A stretch of DNA of 64,000 nt from Camelus dromedarius (taxonomy: Eukaryota): NCBI RefSeq assembly GCF_036321535.1, contig NC_087449.1, positions 58,094,001-58,158,000 on the forward strand, written 5' to 3'. Numbering within the stretch: the stretch's first letter is position 1; the number at the start of each line of letters is the position of its first letter. The translations under genes were made by a program, and so were the position numbers. A model generated the notes under the pieces. That model worked only from the letters and a program-made list of their open reading frames with translations, made no database searches and was not told where the DNA came from. Positions 41,120-54,600 of the stretch are shown piece after piece.

Positions 41120-42927
41120 GCAAGTGACGAATAACACTGTTTTAAGTCCTCTTTTGTGGCTTTGGAACATCACACTGAGGCTACTTCTGCATTAGAGGCG
41201 ACAAAGCTGTGCAGAAGTGGGGTGTAGGTAGTAGTTTAATTGGGAAACATGCCAATTTAATTCTGTAAGAGTTGTGTTATTTAAAAAACAAAGCTTTTTC
41301 TTTTTGTGGTGATATGCTAATGGTAGAGAAGGAAGAGAAATGAAAATAACTTTACTTTAGGATAAGATTGTGAAATTAAGTTTAATGAATGAACATCTGA
41401 GTATCTGCAGAAGAAACAGGCATCTATTCATCCTGACTCAAGGCATATTTTGTTTAAAAGTGACCTGGGAGACAGGAATAAGTACAAGTTAAAAAAGATC
41501 TGCCCTAATTTCGAGAAAGCCTGGCTGGAATTCTGACTGTCCTATATAAATACGTGCAAGCTGCAGCACTAGTGGTTGCCTTGCTGCCTGCTCTGCTTAC
41601 ACAGCCCAAAAAATCTGCTAGATTCTAGTTTCCATTTACCCATGTCTGTGCTAGAATCTGAAAGAACACGCTATGGGAGGGAAGTTATCTGCCCTTTCAC
41701 AAAATTCCCTGTTTCGGCTTTAATTATTACTCTTTTCAAAGAAGGCGGTTAAAATAGCTAATGCTATCGATACAGTCAAATCGAAGCCTTCTTAGTTCTC
41801 AACCTTTCTTTATCTTAAAGCAGCACTGGGTTCTGACCGGCTATGCTCCTCCACCTATGGCTTTTGAAACTGTTTCTTCCCAATTCTCTGATGTGTTTTG
41901 TCTTCCTCTTTTTCTGTGCATAGCCCCAGAGCCATCTGGCCCCCTGCCTTCCATCTTCCTTAATTAGGTTTTTTTGGAGCCTCCTGCAATGTCTCATTTA
42001 AGAAAGCAAATTCTCCAGTATTTTTTCATCATTTTAAAAAGTAGTATGGTCAACATACGAGATCTTTTGGTGTAAAGTTTTGTCACTAAATAGTATTTAT
42101 TGATTCTCATTCCCTGTTGGGAATAATGTAAAATGGTTTGTGGCTTTTGTTATAATTTCTCCTTAGCCTTTGACTCTGGACAGGAGTCAGTTACTGGGGA
42201 ACGTGCATGAATTAAATACAGAATTGCAGTTAGAACATTCAGGTCAGTAAGACCCTTTTAAAATTCTGATAGGTAATTTTTGGGGGAAGGGGGTTTAAAA
42301 AGTAATGTATTATGCTCTACTTACCCTCTTAAGATTACAACTTATTGATTTAACACCATTTTTGGAAGAGGTTGATACCTGCTCCCTTTTCCCCATCCCC
42401 AGCAAAGAAAGGTGTGCAGTTAATACAATTTTATTGTCATAAACTAGGGGTGGCTCTAACACACAACTGACCCAGCAGTTTAACTACAAAAACAAGTTAC
42501 AGAGTTAAACATTTCTGAAACCCAAATAATTTTTGTTAGCATTCCTCCAATTCCTTATTTTGCTTAGAGTCTACAATTTTAAGTTGCAAGTTGAATCATT
42601 TTGCCTTTCTCTATGGAGTAGACTTCTGGGCCTTGACCACCCTTTTGTCTGCACTGGAGCAGATGTAAGACTTCTTGAAGGCATTCCTTTGGCCTTCTGT
42701 TCAGCCATGAATCCCCGTCAGGCTCCCTCATGTTAAGGAGAGGATATTGCTGCGCTCCCCAGCTTTAATGAGGGTTAAACTGTAGAGCTCTGTGCTTAGC
42801 TAGCAGCACAGAACAGCTGTGTTCCAGGAAGTTGAATGCTGATTTCATTGGTCAGTTTCTCACCATTGCAAAAAGCTCTTCGGACAGCTTACACAAATGC
42901 AAATGATGTACGATAAAATAAAATGAA

Positions 42928-42964
42928 TTGACACAACATTGTAAATGGACTATACTTCAATAAA
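42928..42964 (+). mobile_element. Micro-insertion of an L1 3' terminus (about 37 bp)
   Basis: ttgacacaacattgtaaatggactatacttcaataaa matches the end of the neighbouring L1. Possible TSD aaaatgaa at 42920-42927 and 42965-42972. Confidence 0.65.
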
Positions 42965-43075
42965 AAAATGAAAATTAACTGGGTGAAACAGCAGTTATAA
43001 GAATAAACATAACTCAGAAGGAGACTGGTTGAGACATTTGTGGCGGACACCTCCATATGTATATATATATATATT

Positions 43076-43920
43076 TTAACTTTTTTTTTTATTGAGTTAT
43101 AGTCATTTTACAATGTTGTGTCAAATTCCAGTGTAGAGCAATTTTTCAGTTATACATGAACATACATTCATTGTCACATTCTCTTTCGCTCTGAGCCACT
43201 GCAAGGTCCTGTATATATTTCCCTGTGCTACACAGTACAATCTTGTTTATCTATTCTACATTTTGAAATCCCAGTCTGTCCCTTCCCACTCCCTGTCCTC
43301 CTGGCAACCACAAGTTTATATTCTATGTCTATGAGTCTGTTTCTGTTTTGTATTTATGCTTCTTTCTTTTTTTTTTTTTAGATTCCACATATGGTATTTT
43401 TCTTTCTCTTTCTGGCTTACTTCACTTAGAATGACATATTCCAGGAAAATCCATGTTGCTGCAAATGGNNNNNNNNNNNNNNNNNNNNNNNNNNNNNNNN
43501 NNNNNNNNNNNNNNNNNNNNNNNNNNNNNNNNNNNNNNNNNNNNNNNNNNNNNNNNNNNNNNNNNNNNNNNNNNNNNNNNNNNNNNNNNNNNNNNNNNNN
43601 NNNNNNNNNNNNNNNNNNNNNNTTTTGAAGTAGGGTTCCTTCTGAGTACATGCCCAGGAGTGGGATTCCTGGGTCATATGGTAANNNNNNNNNNNNNNNN
43701 NNNNNNNNNNNNNNNNNNNNNNNNNNNNNNNNNNNNNNNNNNNNNNNNNNNNNNNNNNNNNNNNNNNNNNNNNNNNNNNNNNNNNNNNNNNNNNNNNNNN
43801 NNNNNNNNNNNNNNNNNNNNNNNNNNNNNNNNNNNNNNNNNNNNNNNNNNNNNNNNNNNNNNNNNNNNNNNNNNNNNNNNNNNNNNNNNNNNNNNNNNNN
43901 NNNNNNNNNNNNNNNNNNNN
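43076..43920 (-). mobile_element. Younger LINE-1 3' end, interrupted by N-runs 43469-43622 and 43685-43920
   Basis: Poly-T, then attgagttatagtcattttacaatgttgtgtc...ccatgttgctgcaaatgg...ccaggagtgggattcctgggtcatatggtaa. Confidence 0.85.
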
Positions 43921-45808
43921 GGCTACTCTCAAATCAATCCCTAGATTATGCCAGACCAGCAGAGAACTGAGCATCTAGATTGAATTTGGCGCTGGGTTGG
44001 GGGGAGGCAGTATTTTGTCATAGCCTATCCTCAGGAATGGATTTTAGAACTTGGTTCCGCATTTATTCTAGAGATGTTGTTAAGGACATTTTAAAATATA
44101 TTATGTAGAGGACCAATGAGAAACTTCCCTCAGGTCTCAGTATCAGGAATAGTTGTGTCAGTCTTAAGTCACTTAAAATCTCTTTTCCCTTGATTTTAAA
44201 TAGAACATACACACTAATGGGATCATGCTGTTTAATTCTGCTACTTCAACTAATGCATTTTAAACATCATGTATTCATAAAGATTCCCTAAATCCTTTCC
44301 AGAACAAAGTATGATATAAAAAAATACTCAATTCCTAACATATGTGTTAAAGACTTTAATGCAGGTCATTTAACCCCTGAGTGTGTTTCATCATTTGTGT
44401 GAGGGGACAGATTACATGGTATATAAGGTGTCTTTCAGCTCAGAAATTTCAGATTTGTAATTTCACTGCCTTTAGAAATTGCTTTCTTTGGTAAGAACTT
44501 ATTACATAAACTACAATCTTTACCCCAAGACTTATTTACGGATCTCTGTTCATTAAAAAGTTTTGTTTTAAAGTCGTGAATCTGTTCCTTCTCTGTGTTC
44601 TTTACTTGGAATGCTTTCATCCCTTCTCAGTATCTGGCTTGTCTGAAATCTAAACTCCATAAACCCTTCCCTGTTGCTTTTGGCTACCCAGGACCTCTGA
44701 GATTCCTGGCAACTAACCACACAATTTCCTGAATGATGTATCCTGGTATTTTATTATTTCAGTCATTCTGTATCTCCTAGGGATTGTTAAACTTTTCTGA
44801 ATTCCCCACTGTCTTAAGCATGAAGCTACTACTTGACAAACAGTTCCCTGAATGGTTATGCCTTCTTCATAGAAGCCTTAGGACCTTTGTCCCTAGTGCC
44901 TCACATTTCTACAGTGCCTTTGAAGACTTAGTGAGGAATTCTTACACTGATTGAAATGCCAGGAGAGTCCTATCCACCTTTTCCTGGTGTGCCCTGGAGC
45001 ACGAGCTCTGACAAACTGCACTTTACTACTTAAAACAAATGCTCGTAAGATCAATATAGGAAATGAGCTTTGTGGTACCATAATTTCCATTTTAAAAATG
45101 AAAGGTATCTTTTTGGTGTTATACGTCCTTTTATAAACATAAGAAGAATTTGTTTCAAATTCAGACCATATAAAATGCAGTATTGTGGGGAAAAAAGTCA
45201 ATACTTTAGGATTACAAATGACTGTATCATACCACCAAATTTAATTAGGCTTCTTTCTATTCACTTATATTCTTGGTATTCAAAAAAAAAAAAAAAAAAA
45301 CTGTTCACTGAGAATTACCAAAAAGGAGCTGTTCTCCATTTGTAGTATTCAGTGTTGCATTAGAAGTTTCCACAGAATATGCACTGACCGCTGGTTCTTA
45401 CAACTTTTAAAATCTCAAGAACAGATTGACTTGACTTCTGCTGGCCCCCCTGGGAGCTAATAGTGATGGTTTATTCATCCAATTGTTTCTAAACACACAG
45501 TATCTCCTAGGATTTATTTCAAGCAACTCTCTATCAGATGGAATCTTTTTGAAATAAAAACACCAATATCTCTTGCTTTTGAGTACTGTTTCTGCAGTGA
45601 CATTCACCTCTTCTTGTTGTTTGCTTTTGGAGGGATAATTTATAACCACTAAAGTGACACATCCTAAGCATACATAGCTCAATGAATACCGTGTGTGTAT
45701 TCATGGAACCATGAGTTGTGTCAAGATACAGAACTCTCCCAGCTCCCAGCAGGTCTCATGCCTCCTCCTACGCTGCATTCCCACATTGCTTTTGTTTGCT
45801 TGTTTTTA

Positions 45809-45954
45809 TTTTTTTAAAAACATTTTTTGTGGGGGAAGTAGTTAGGTTTACTTATTTTATTTATTTTTAGAGGAGGTACATGGGAATTGAACCCAGGACC
45901 TTGTGTATGCTAAGCATGCGCTCTACCACTTGAGCTATACCGCCCCCCACCCCC
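45809..45954 (-). mobile_element. tRNA-Ala-derived SINE (Vic-1-like) with 15-bp TSD
   Basis: A and B boxes present; gtttgcttgttttta duplicated at 45794-45808 and 45955-45969. Confidence 0.9.
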
Positions 45955-45969
45955 GTTTGCTTGTTTTTA

Positions 45970-46155
45970 ATTGAAGCATAGTTGATTTACAATATTGTGT
46001 TAGTTTCAGGTGTACAGCAAAGTGATTCGGTTGTATATATGTATGTATAGATCTATATAATTTTTCCAATTCTTTTCCATTATAGTTTATTATAAGATAT
46101 TGAATACAGTTTCTTGTGCTATACAGTAAATCCTTGTTGTTTATCTATTTTATAA
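45970..46155 (-). mobile_element. LINE-1 3' end fragment
   Basis: agttgatttacaatattgtgttagtttcaggtgtacagcaaagtgattc...gtgctatacagtaaatccttgttg. Confidence 0.75.
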
Positions 46156-47559
46156 GCCACATTGATCTTTAAACTATACCATTCAGCTATGGCTGCTTAA
46201 TTTTTTTCCTTTCATTGCATTTCCTGTGACATGACTATGTATTTCTCTTTTATCTCTTTTATAATTTATTTAGTGCCTTGCCCAGCCACTTGGGATTAGA
46301 AGGGATTACTATTCTTCAGTTTCTATCTTATTTTCTGGACCAAAGTACTAGAAGCTGACGTTTTATCTGGAAGTCTTTTTGTATACTATTTATCCTGTTC
46401 CTTTCTTTTGTTATCTAAATTTAGAATGTACATGCCATTCCAAATTTTTACAGCAATACAAGAACAAATTTCCAATACTGAATGTGGTATTTATAAAGAA
46501 AGATCTTTACCTACAGTGCTTTCTCCAAATCTACAAACCAGAAATAGTAAAAGTATTTTTAAAAATATGTTCAGGAGCAGGTGCAAATGTCCCTGTGGTA
46601 GTCTGTATTTGCCTTTTTATTCTCTTCCAGCTGCAGCAGCAGGAGGAGGAAGGGGGTAGGATCATTTACTCTTTTATTATTTCCTGAAACCTCTCCAAGA
46701 GAACCTTTGCAGAATAATTTTGTCCTTTGGGTAAAATAAAATTAATGTCCCAAGAGCCACTACAAAAATGCCTTGTCTCCAGCCTCTCCTTAGGGCTCTG
46801 TTCTCTGTCTTGCAGTGGTACCATATTTACTGTGTTCCAGAAAGGTTATTTTTTTATGCCTTTCATTTTTCTTATTTTTATGTTTAAGAAATCTGTTGTT
46901 AATTATTATTGACCCTGATATACGGAAGACATTAAAGGAAAATCCCTACGGTTATTAATGAAGCCACGTTTTCCTCCAAGATTGGCCTTGACTTGGCTGC
47001 ATTTTATTTCTAATGTAAAGTAGGTCTTTTCTTACTAAAAGTCCAGATTGATCACCAGGTACCAATTTATTTTTCAGCGTTATACCGGGAACAAAAGGCG
47101 CTCCTCCAAACCTTGGGGGAGAATCTCAGGGCCTCGAGCTTGACGTTGTTCATCAAGCCCTCAAACACAAGAAGGCCCTCAAGGCACGCATACCTTTCCC
47201 AGAGTCAAAGTGCTTTTCTCTCTTAGATCTAAAGCCCAGATCATTTTGTCGTTAAAAATCTAGACATTATACCCTGTAGATAAAAGGTTACATTCTTTGT
47301 TAGTAGAAGAGCGGGGGAAATGGAACGTTACACAGCAAATCGCAAAGAGCGATGCAAACGCGAGCTGGTAACATTACTCATGAGGGTAACCAAAACATAA
47401 AAGGGATTTGAGCGTGAAGAAAGTAAGGACCAGTGATTACAGTAACAGCGAGAGGTGGTGTGAGAAGCAGAAAGAGCTTTGTAAACTGAAGCGCTTTAGT
47501 ATTAACTATGGGGACGCATCAGAGAGGGGAAGAAGCGGGTGAGAATGATTAGGCTTCGA

Positions 47560-48600
47560 CCTCCTCTTCTCATCCTTAGCTGTCTCGGGCCGGGACCATG
47601 GTATTCACCGATGCATGGTCTACTTCGCTGCCTTGGTCTTGTCAACTGAAACTAAGTTCCCAACTCACCTTTCCCCGGTGCCTGGAAGCCCTAGAACTCC
47701 CAACTTCAGGAACGACTTCCAGCGCGCAGGCGCGGAACTTAACGCTGCCGCCCTCACCAGAAGCGCTGCGTCCCGCGCAGGCGCAGCCCCTCGGATCCAC
47801 CCCCAACGCCGCGCCACGCTCCCACTGCGAGAGCAGAGGGAGGCCGTCCTCTCGCGCCGCGTGTTTTGGCAGGCGACCGCGTCGCGCAGTCTGACGCGCC
47901 GATTGCGTCACTTCCGCCCCCTCCCGGGAGGCGGTGCTGGGCCGGTGGCAAACCCCCGGAGGGAGCCGCAGTAGTACGACGGAAGATGGCGACGAGCGGC
48001 GGCGAAGAGGCGGCGGCTGCGGCGCCGGCGCCCGGGGTCCCGGCAACGGGGTCAGACACGACCCCGGGCTGGGAGGTGGCTGTGCGGCCCCTGCTATCCG
48101 CGTCCTATTCCGCCTTCGAGATGAAGGAGTTGCCGCAGCTGGTGGCCTCAGTCATCGAGAGGTACCGGGCGGCGGCCCCGGCCGGGCGGGCGCCGGGAGG
48201 GGGAGGGGAGGTCGTGCCAGAGGGTCTGGACCCGCTTTCAGGCTGCCTTCTGCCGCTCTGGAACCCTGGTCCCAGCCACGGCTTCGGGGTTCCCCGGCCC
48301 TGGGAGACGAAGGCTTGTCTGGCGTTCCTTCCGCCAACCTGGGTAAATCCCCTGTGCCTCAATTTCCCTCCCGAGCAAAACTTTTGAGGACGCTCTCTCG
48401 GGAGGGCGTGGCTGGGCCGGTTTGGGAATGATTTTGAGGTGCATCGCGCTCTTAGAGGAATGTCGCTGGGGCTGCCCCTGTGTTAAGGTCAAAGCACCGA
48501 TGAGTTTGCATTTCTCGCCCGCACTTACCCCTCTAGCTTGGGCCAGAGCGGAGCACGGGGTTTAAATTCTACCACATAATTTAATAACGGTCTCCGCGGT
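47560..48600. promoter_or_regulatory. CpG island / UBR4 promoter
   Basis: CpG-dense. GCGCAGGCGC NRF1-like motifs at 47724 and 47775, inverted TGACGC/GCGTCA half-sites at 47892-47910, ETS-like CTTCCG at 47911, and YY1-like AAGATGGCG over the start codon. Confidence 0.85.
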
Positions 48601-51600
48601 GCTGTAATCACTGGGGGCACGTGCTAGTCTGTGACTGAAGCCACTGGTTACCATTGATGACTTTTTCAGGTTGCACGTATGGTATATTGCTACTGTAACG
48701 GTCTCTGATTAAAAACATTTCAGTGTGTTAGTCTGGGAGATCATTTCCCCACTGAAACAGTGTACTTGGGCTGTCTCCCTCTCAATAAAGTATCTTCAGA
48801 CTCTTATCAACGAGACTGTTTATTTTTTTGTTGCTACATGGTTTTATCTTTTTATACAGAGATTCTTAGATTGTGAGAATTGTGTTCTTAGAGGCCATGA
48901 TACCAGAGCCCCTGCCTTTTCCTATCTTACCTTGCGCAGAGCAGTCTTTTATTAGTTTAGTGGTAGGCATGCCTTCGATCTCACTTTCATTTTTCTAGCC
49001 AAACCTTACTTCAGCAACTGTCTGAAATTGCTAACTGGGTTATTTTAGCTTCATGCCAACAAGAGTGCATCTTCATGTTATCCAGAAGGTTAGAAATTGC
49101 TGTTTATTACTCAAGGGAGACCCGTAGTTTGAAAAGTTTGTTTATTACGGTGTTTATTGTTAGGTTTGTGATGCTTTGGATGTGGTTTTAAAAAATAATT
49201 ATAATAAAATAATTGTTGGGTTTGGTAACTTCACAGTTAACTTTACAGATGGATTTTTCTATCTAATCTTTTAGCCAAGAATTTTCTGGAGATGTAAACA
49301 AATATCAAAGATACTGCTCTCAAATTATGTAGCCTCTTTTTAACTGTTTTAAACATTTGGATTAGTGGCACTTTTCCTGAAATACACTCATCACACTACT
49401 TACAATGGATCGCATTCCACTCTTTTTAGAACGTTTGCTTTTATATTTCCATGGACATGAGCTGTGTAGGTTTTAAAGTCATTTGTTAACACTGTCCCAA
49501 ACATCTGACATTATGGGCCTATGCCTTTTAATTAAAAAATTTTTTTAACTTATTTATTTATTTTATTTTAATGGAGATACTGGGGATTGAACCCAGGACC
49601 TCGTGCATGTTAAGTATGTGTTCTACCACTAAGCTAACCCTCCCCACTGGCCCATACCTTTTAAACTATAATACTTAACCAACTCCCTCCAACCTGTGGA
49701 AAGAGCCAAAACCAAGTACATCAAAGTATGTTTAAATTTTGCCAGTAAGTGATAGGGGCCTCTTTTACACCCTGTATAGCTAAGATAATCAAGGGTTGCC
49801 TTTGCTTGTAGACACTAGTAAGAACTCATTTCATGGTTTAGAAAAGAAGTACAAACTGATGGCTGTTTAGTAACATACTTTTTCTTTTTCTTTTATGTTA
49901 TAAAATTGAGGTACAGTTGATTTACAATGTTGTGTTGGTTTCAGGTGATTCAGTTACATATATATTCAGTTTTTTTTTCCATTATAGGATATTTTAAGAT
50001 ATTGAATGTAGGTCCCTGTGCTATACAGTAGGTCCTTGTTGTTTATCAGTTTTATATGTAGTAGTGTGTATCTTTTAATCCTAAACTCCTAATTTATCTC
50101 TCCCTCTCTTTCCCCTTTGGTAACCATAAATTTGTTTTCTGTGTCAGTGAGTCTGTTTCTCACTGTTTTGTAAATAAGTGTATTTTTATCTTTTTTTTTT
50201 TTTTAAGGTTCTACATGTAAGTTATATTGTATAATGTTTGTCTTTCTCTGTCTGACTTACTTCACTTGGTATGATCATCTCTAGATCCATCCAGTGCACT
50301 TTTATTGGAAGACAAGATCCTTGAAGTCTGTGTTGTGGTTTTTGCGGCTTAGTCAGCTTTGGAATCCTGTTACATGTCCTCTTCAGGCTCTCTGATAGCA
50401 GTATGATCTTATTAAGGTTGCACTTATTGTCTGAGAGATCACTTTCCCCCAGAAACCATATTCCCTTCCTCTCTTTCTCTTCCCTCCGCTCTCCCTCCCT
50501 CAATAACATATCTTCACACTCTTACTCATGGGACTGTTTATGGTTTGCTGTGACATGGTTCTGTAATTTCCAGAAGACATTTCGAGAAGAAATACCTGGC
50601 TTACAAGATTTTTACAGTTAAAACAGCTAAACATGTCAAGTGTTCAGTTTGGTGTAGAGCAGAAGTTGGAACACTTTTTCTGTAAAGGGTGAGAGAGTAA
50701 GTATTTGCGGGCTGTACAGGGTCGTGTGCATGCATCAGCTCAGCCCTTGTAGGGGGAAGCAGCCACATACGCTACTAAATGAATGGGCGTGGCTGTGTTC
50801 CAGAATTCTTTTTACGGGCACTGAAATGTGAGTTTACATGTTACAAAATATACTTCTTTTTCTTTTTTTTTTAGCCATAAAAACAAATGTAACAACCATC
50901 CTTAAATATGGGCCGTACGAAGATAGATGACTGGCTAGATTTGACCTGCAGCCTGTAGTTTGCCAGCCCCTGGTTTGGAGTGCAGAAATCCATACCCTAC
51001 TACCAGTATTCTGTTTCTCAGAAATTTTATTTGCCTTTCAAAAAAAAAATGAAATAAGGGTGGCAGAATTGTGGAATTATTTCTTGAACATTAAGTTATG
51101 GCCACTGAGTACAGGACCAGGTTAGAGCCAGCACTACGCAGATGCTATAGTTCACTTCGTTTTGTAGTTAATAAAGGTTTAGGTGCCTAGGCTGTTACTT
51201 TAACTCTGTGATGGCTGCTCCCATCTCCTGTGGTTCCTGTGTTTCTTTCTGTTGTTATGCTTCTAAGGTTTTTCTTCCTTGCCTCCAGGGACCTATTTTT
51301 CTGTTGCAGTCTGCTACCCTCTGCTTCCCTTTTTCATGCCCTGGCTTCATCATGCCAACTCTTACTCCCTATCCAGTGGCCTGCTCGTCCATTGAATTCC
51401 TCCCTTTTTGACTTTAGGAGACTATGCCACGTGCCCTCCTCTCTCAGTACTCCACCATTCTAGTCTACTTTCTGTCTGTTTTTTCATACTTTTACACTTG
51501 AAATTGACCTTTGGGTTTGAATAAAAAGTAGATAATTCCTAAATCCAGACCCTGTTTGTTAAGTTTGACTTTATAACCAAATTGAAACAAAGGAGGGATA

Positions 51601-54600
51601 GATTAACATGGGTAAACTGGGAAGCGTACTCTCAAAAGTGTCATTAGATTTTTAAGAGAAGAAGATATCTGAGTTTACTTAAAGGTAACTTCATTTCTAC
51701 TACCTGTTGCTAGCATGTCTTTTAGTAGTAAAGACTGGAAATCTTTTAAACACCATTATTTTTCTAGACCAGAAATGAAGCTCGAATTAGCTTAATGGAG
51801 CACATGCCGTATGTGAGCTTAATTAGTATAATTGCTGAATGTAGCCTTATATACCATCCAATATAGAATTCCTTTTTTAACTGTGCAACATATGTTGGTG
51901 AATGTGGTTGTCACTGAACAATTTGACTGAGTCTTTGTAGATTTAAAAAAAAAAAAAAAGTGTGTTTCCCAAGCCAGTCCTTCCCAGTCTGTCCTGGCTT
52001 TCTTAATGATAAGCCTCCTTGAGTCTCTGCCTCCCAGCTGTTTGATAAAATTAGGCCTGAGAGACCTGCTTGGGAAGACAGAAGCTGTTGCAACTTCCCC
52101 ATTAAAAATCGAGTCATTTCCTAAAAACCTTGAAAGGGAAAGAGGGATGTACCAATGCCATGACTGGTTGAGTTTTTTTGCTGTAGGACGTAAGTCTGTG
52201 ATTGACCTACAGGGAAAAAAAAACAAAAACAAAAAAAAACCCAGCCACCAAATGATGAGTGTAGTTGTGAGATTGGGTAATGTTTCCATGTCTTAGTGTC
52301 ACATTCCACACAGGTTTGTCAAGACTGTGAGGGATGTATGTGAAAACTCTCAGTTCTTTAGTTAACGTGTATTAAATACCCTGTGACACAGCAGATGTTC
52401 AATAAGTATGTATTTTTCAAATGAATATAATGTATTCATTATGCTTACAGGTTTCATGATTGCAAGTGTCTTGAAACAAGTAAGCATGATGGATTCTGTA
52501 CTCGGGAGTTTATGATTCTGATAAGGGGAAAGGGCTTTGTGGAGTTTCCACAGTTTACAGAAAAGATATGAGTAGTATGTTATCTAAGAGGGAGAAGGGA
52601 AGTGAATCCTTCATCTTTTATTTTGCCCTCTCAGATTTCTGCCTCTTCCTAAAAAGCCTAGATATTTCTAGACCCTTGCCAGTTCTTTTTCAGTTACATG
52701 TCAAATTGGATTTCTCTGACCTGGCTGCTTAGCTGTTGTTTCCCTTTCTGCTCTGCCTTGCGTTTATTTTGTATGGACTATGAACGCTTCAGATTCCTTG
52801 TCTTTTCAGCAGTGTTTCAGGCTCTGTGATCCTTTTGTTGCAGAGTTTGTTAGGATAAGCAGTTATTTGAGGAAAATAGCTTGACTGCCTAGGGGTGAGA
52901 TTTTTTTTTTTCCTTTAAGTCTCCTTATTTTTCTTCCTCTGTGTTGTATTTGCCGTCAGCTTCTTCATTCTTCCTCTTTTTACCTAACATCTTGCCCTTT
53001 GTTCCCTTGTTCCATTTCTTTGCATCCTCTGGTGTCTTGGTGTCTGTCATGTTCTTGGGGAACGAGGGTGGTGTAAGGAAGCAAGGTAGCACACCTTCAT
53101 CAGGTTACTCATACACACACTTGTTTCTTTAGAATCAAGAGATAGGACATTGTCCTTTGAGCCACATGTCCACCTGTCTACTCTCTCCTACACATCTTTT
53201 TAAAACTAATTTCCCCAGGTTTATCCTTCGTTGCCCTAAGCAGATGGTAAGTGGAGCTCAAGACTGCTCCATTTTTTTCTATTACCAATCTCTATCTTTC
53301 CCCAAAAGGCGTTCTCCTTGTTTCTTGGTTGGAATAAGGTGGTTAATGTATTTCTAGGATAGGAAGTAGAGTTTGTTAAATCACAGTGTGGCAACATTGA
53401 ACCAGGCAATTAAATGAGTTTAGTCCTATATTTTACAAATATTTTGTTATCTGGATGGGAATAAGTTCATCTTTTGGATGGGCAGTTTTTCTCTTAGTTT
53501 TGGTAAACCTGTTCAGCTGAAAAACATGGGAGTAAGCAGCTCTAAAGTTTTGAAGTAAAGCAGAGAAGGTGAATATGTAGTAAAAATCTATCAAATTACA
53601 GAGTAGGGAAACTTTAGAGCAATGAATACTAAAGTGTAAGGGTGGGAATGAAGGAACAACCATGCATACGAGATAGAAGCGGTGGGGCAGGGAGTTCTCT
53701 GCTGAATGGATGTGACCCTTACCAATGTGATGGCCCCCGGAAACTTTGAGTACTGCTTGCTCTGTAAGGGTTTTTATTTCCTTCTTCTTGTCCATTTGAC
53801 AAATAGGGAGAAATGATGATTGGTGGGCAGGAATGTCCTTGCACATAAATAAATAAATACTAAGGTGCTGCCTAAATATTTTTTTTCTTGGTGAGGGAGT
53901 TATTCCAAGATAAGGAACTGATCTTTGATAAATACCTGTTTATCCTTGATAAATCCCCAAATAGCAAAGAGTTGGCAATGCCAGGCTTTTAAGTGCTGCT
54001 GTTTGAGGTGATTCAGCACTTAACATTGGCACCTTCCAAATGTTGAACTTGTGTTTTTTGGCTCCTGTGTTGATTTGGCAAGTGGACAGAGTCCTGACTG
54101 TTTACATTTCCCTTCCTTGGGTGATAGTTCTTGGTGGAGAATTAACTTACTGAGGAAACTATTTAGCTACATTGCTCTCCTCTTTCCATTTAATAAGGTA
54201 CATTTTAGTGTTTTCTTTGCCTTCTCGTTTCTTGGATTGCTGACTAGCATCTGACTTAATAGAATAATATAAATGTATCCAGCTTTTAAACCTAGTTGGG
54301 CTCCAGATTTTCACTGAAGAGGGCATTTCCTTAGCTAAGGATAAGGGATGTGGTTAAAAATCATTTTGCTATGGTCTAGTTGTATCCTGTGGGAGTTGGG
54401 AAAGAAATGGAGAACTCTGGTACCTAAATTTTGGTTTCTAGACCCATCAGATGATCTATTCCCTTGAGTTGTTGATTTTTCTAATGTTGTTGCATTATGA
54501 ACTGGCCTTCTTTGGTTTTCAGAATGGGTTGCTATAGTCTGTGTTCCGCTAACAGTGTTTTGAATGCTCTGCTCTACCTGCTTTTGGCCAGCACGTGGCA

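Noticed and set aside
43316-43974. ORFs spanning N-runs (also 30029-30579)
   Set aside because: Artefacts of X codons containing no stops.
46631-46655. Mini-exon-like pattern (polypyrimidine-CAG, 25 nt, GTAGGA) between EMC1 and UBR4
   Set aside because: Weak donor, non-triplet length and no transcript evidence; such patterns are common by chance.
47598-48492. Overlapping 60-173 aa ORFs at the UBR4 CpG island (likewise 17392-18414)
   Set aside because: Stop-poor GC-rich sequence; only exon 1 of each gene is supported.
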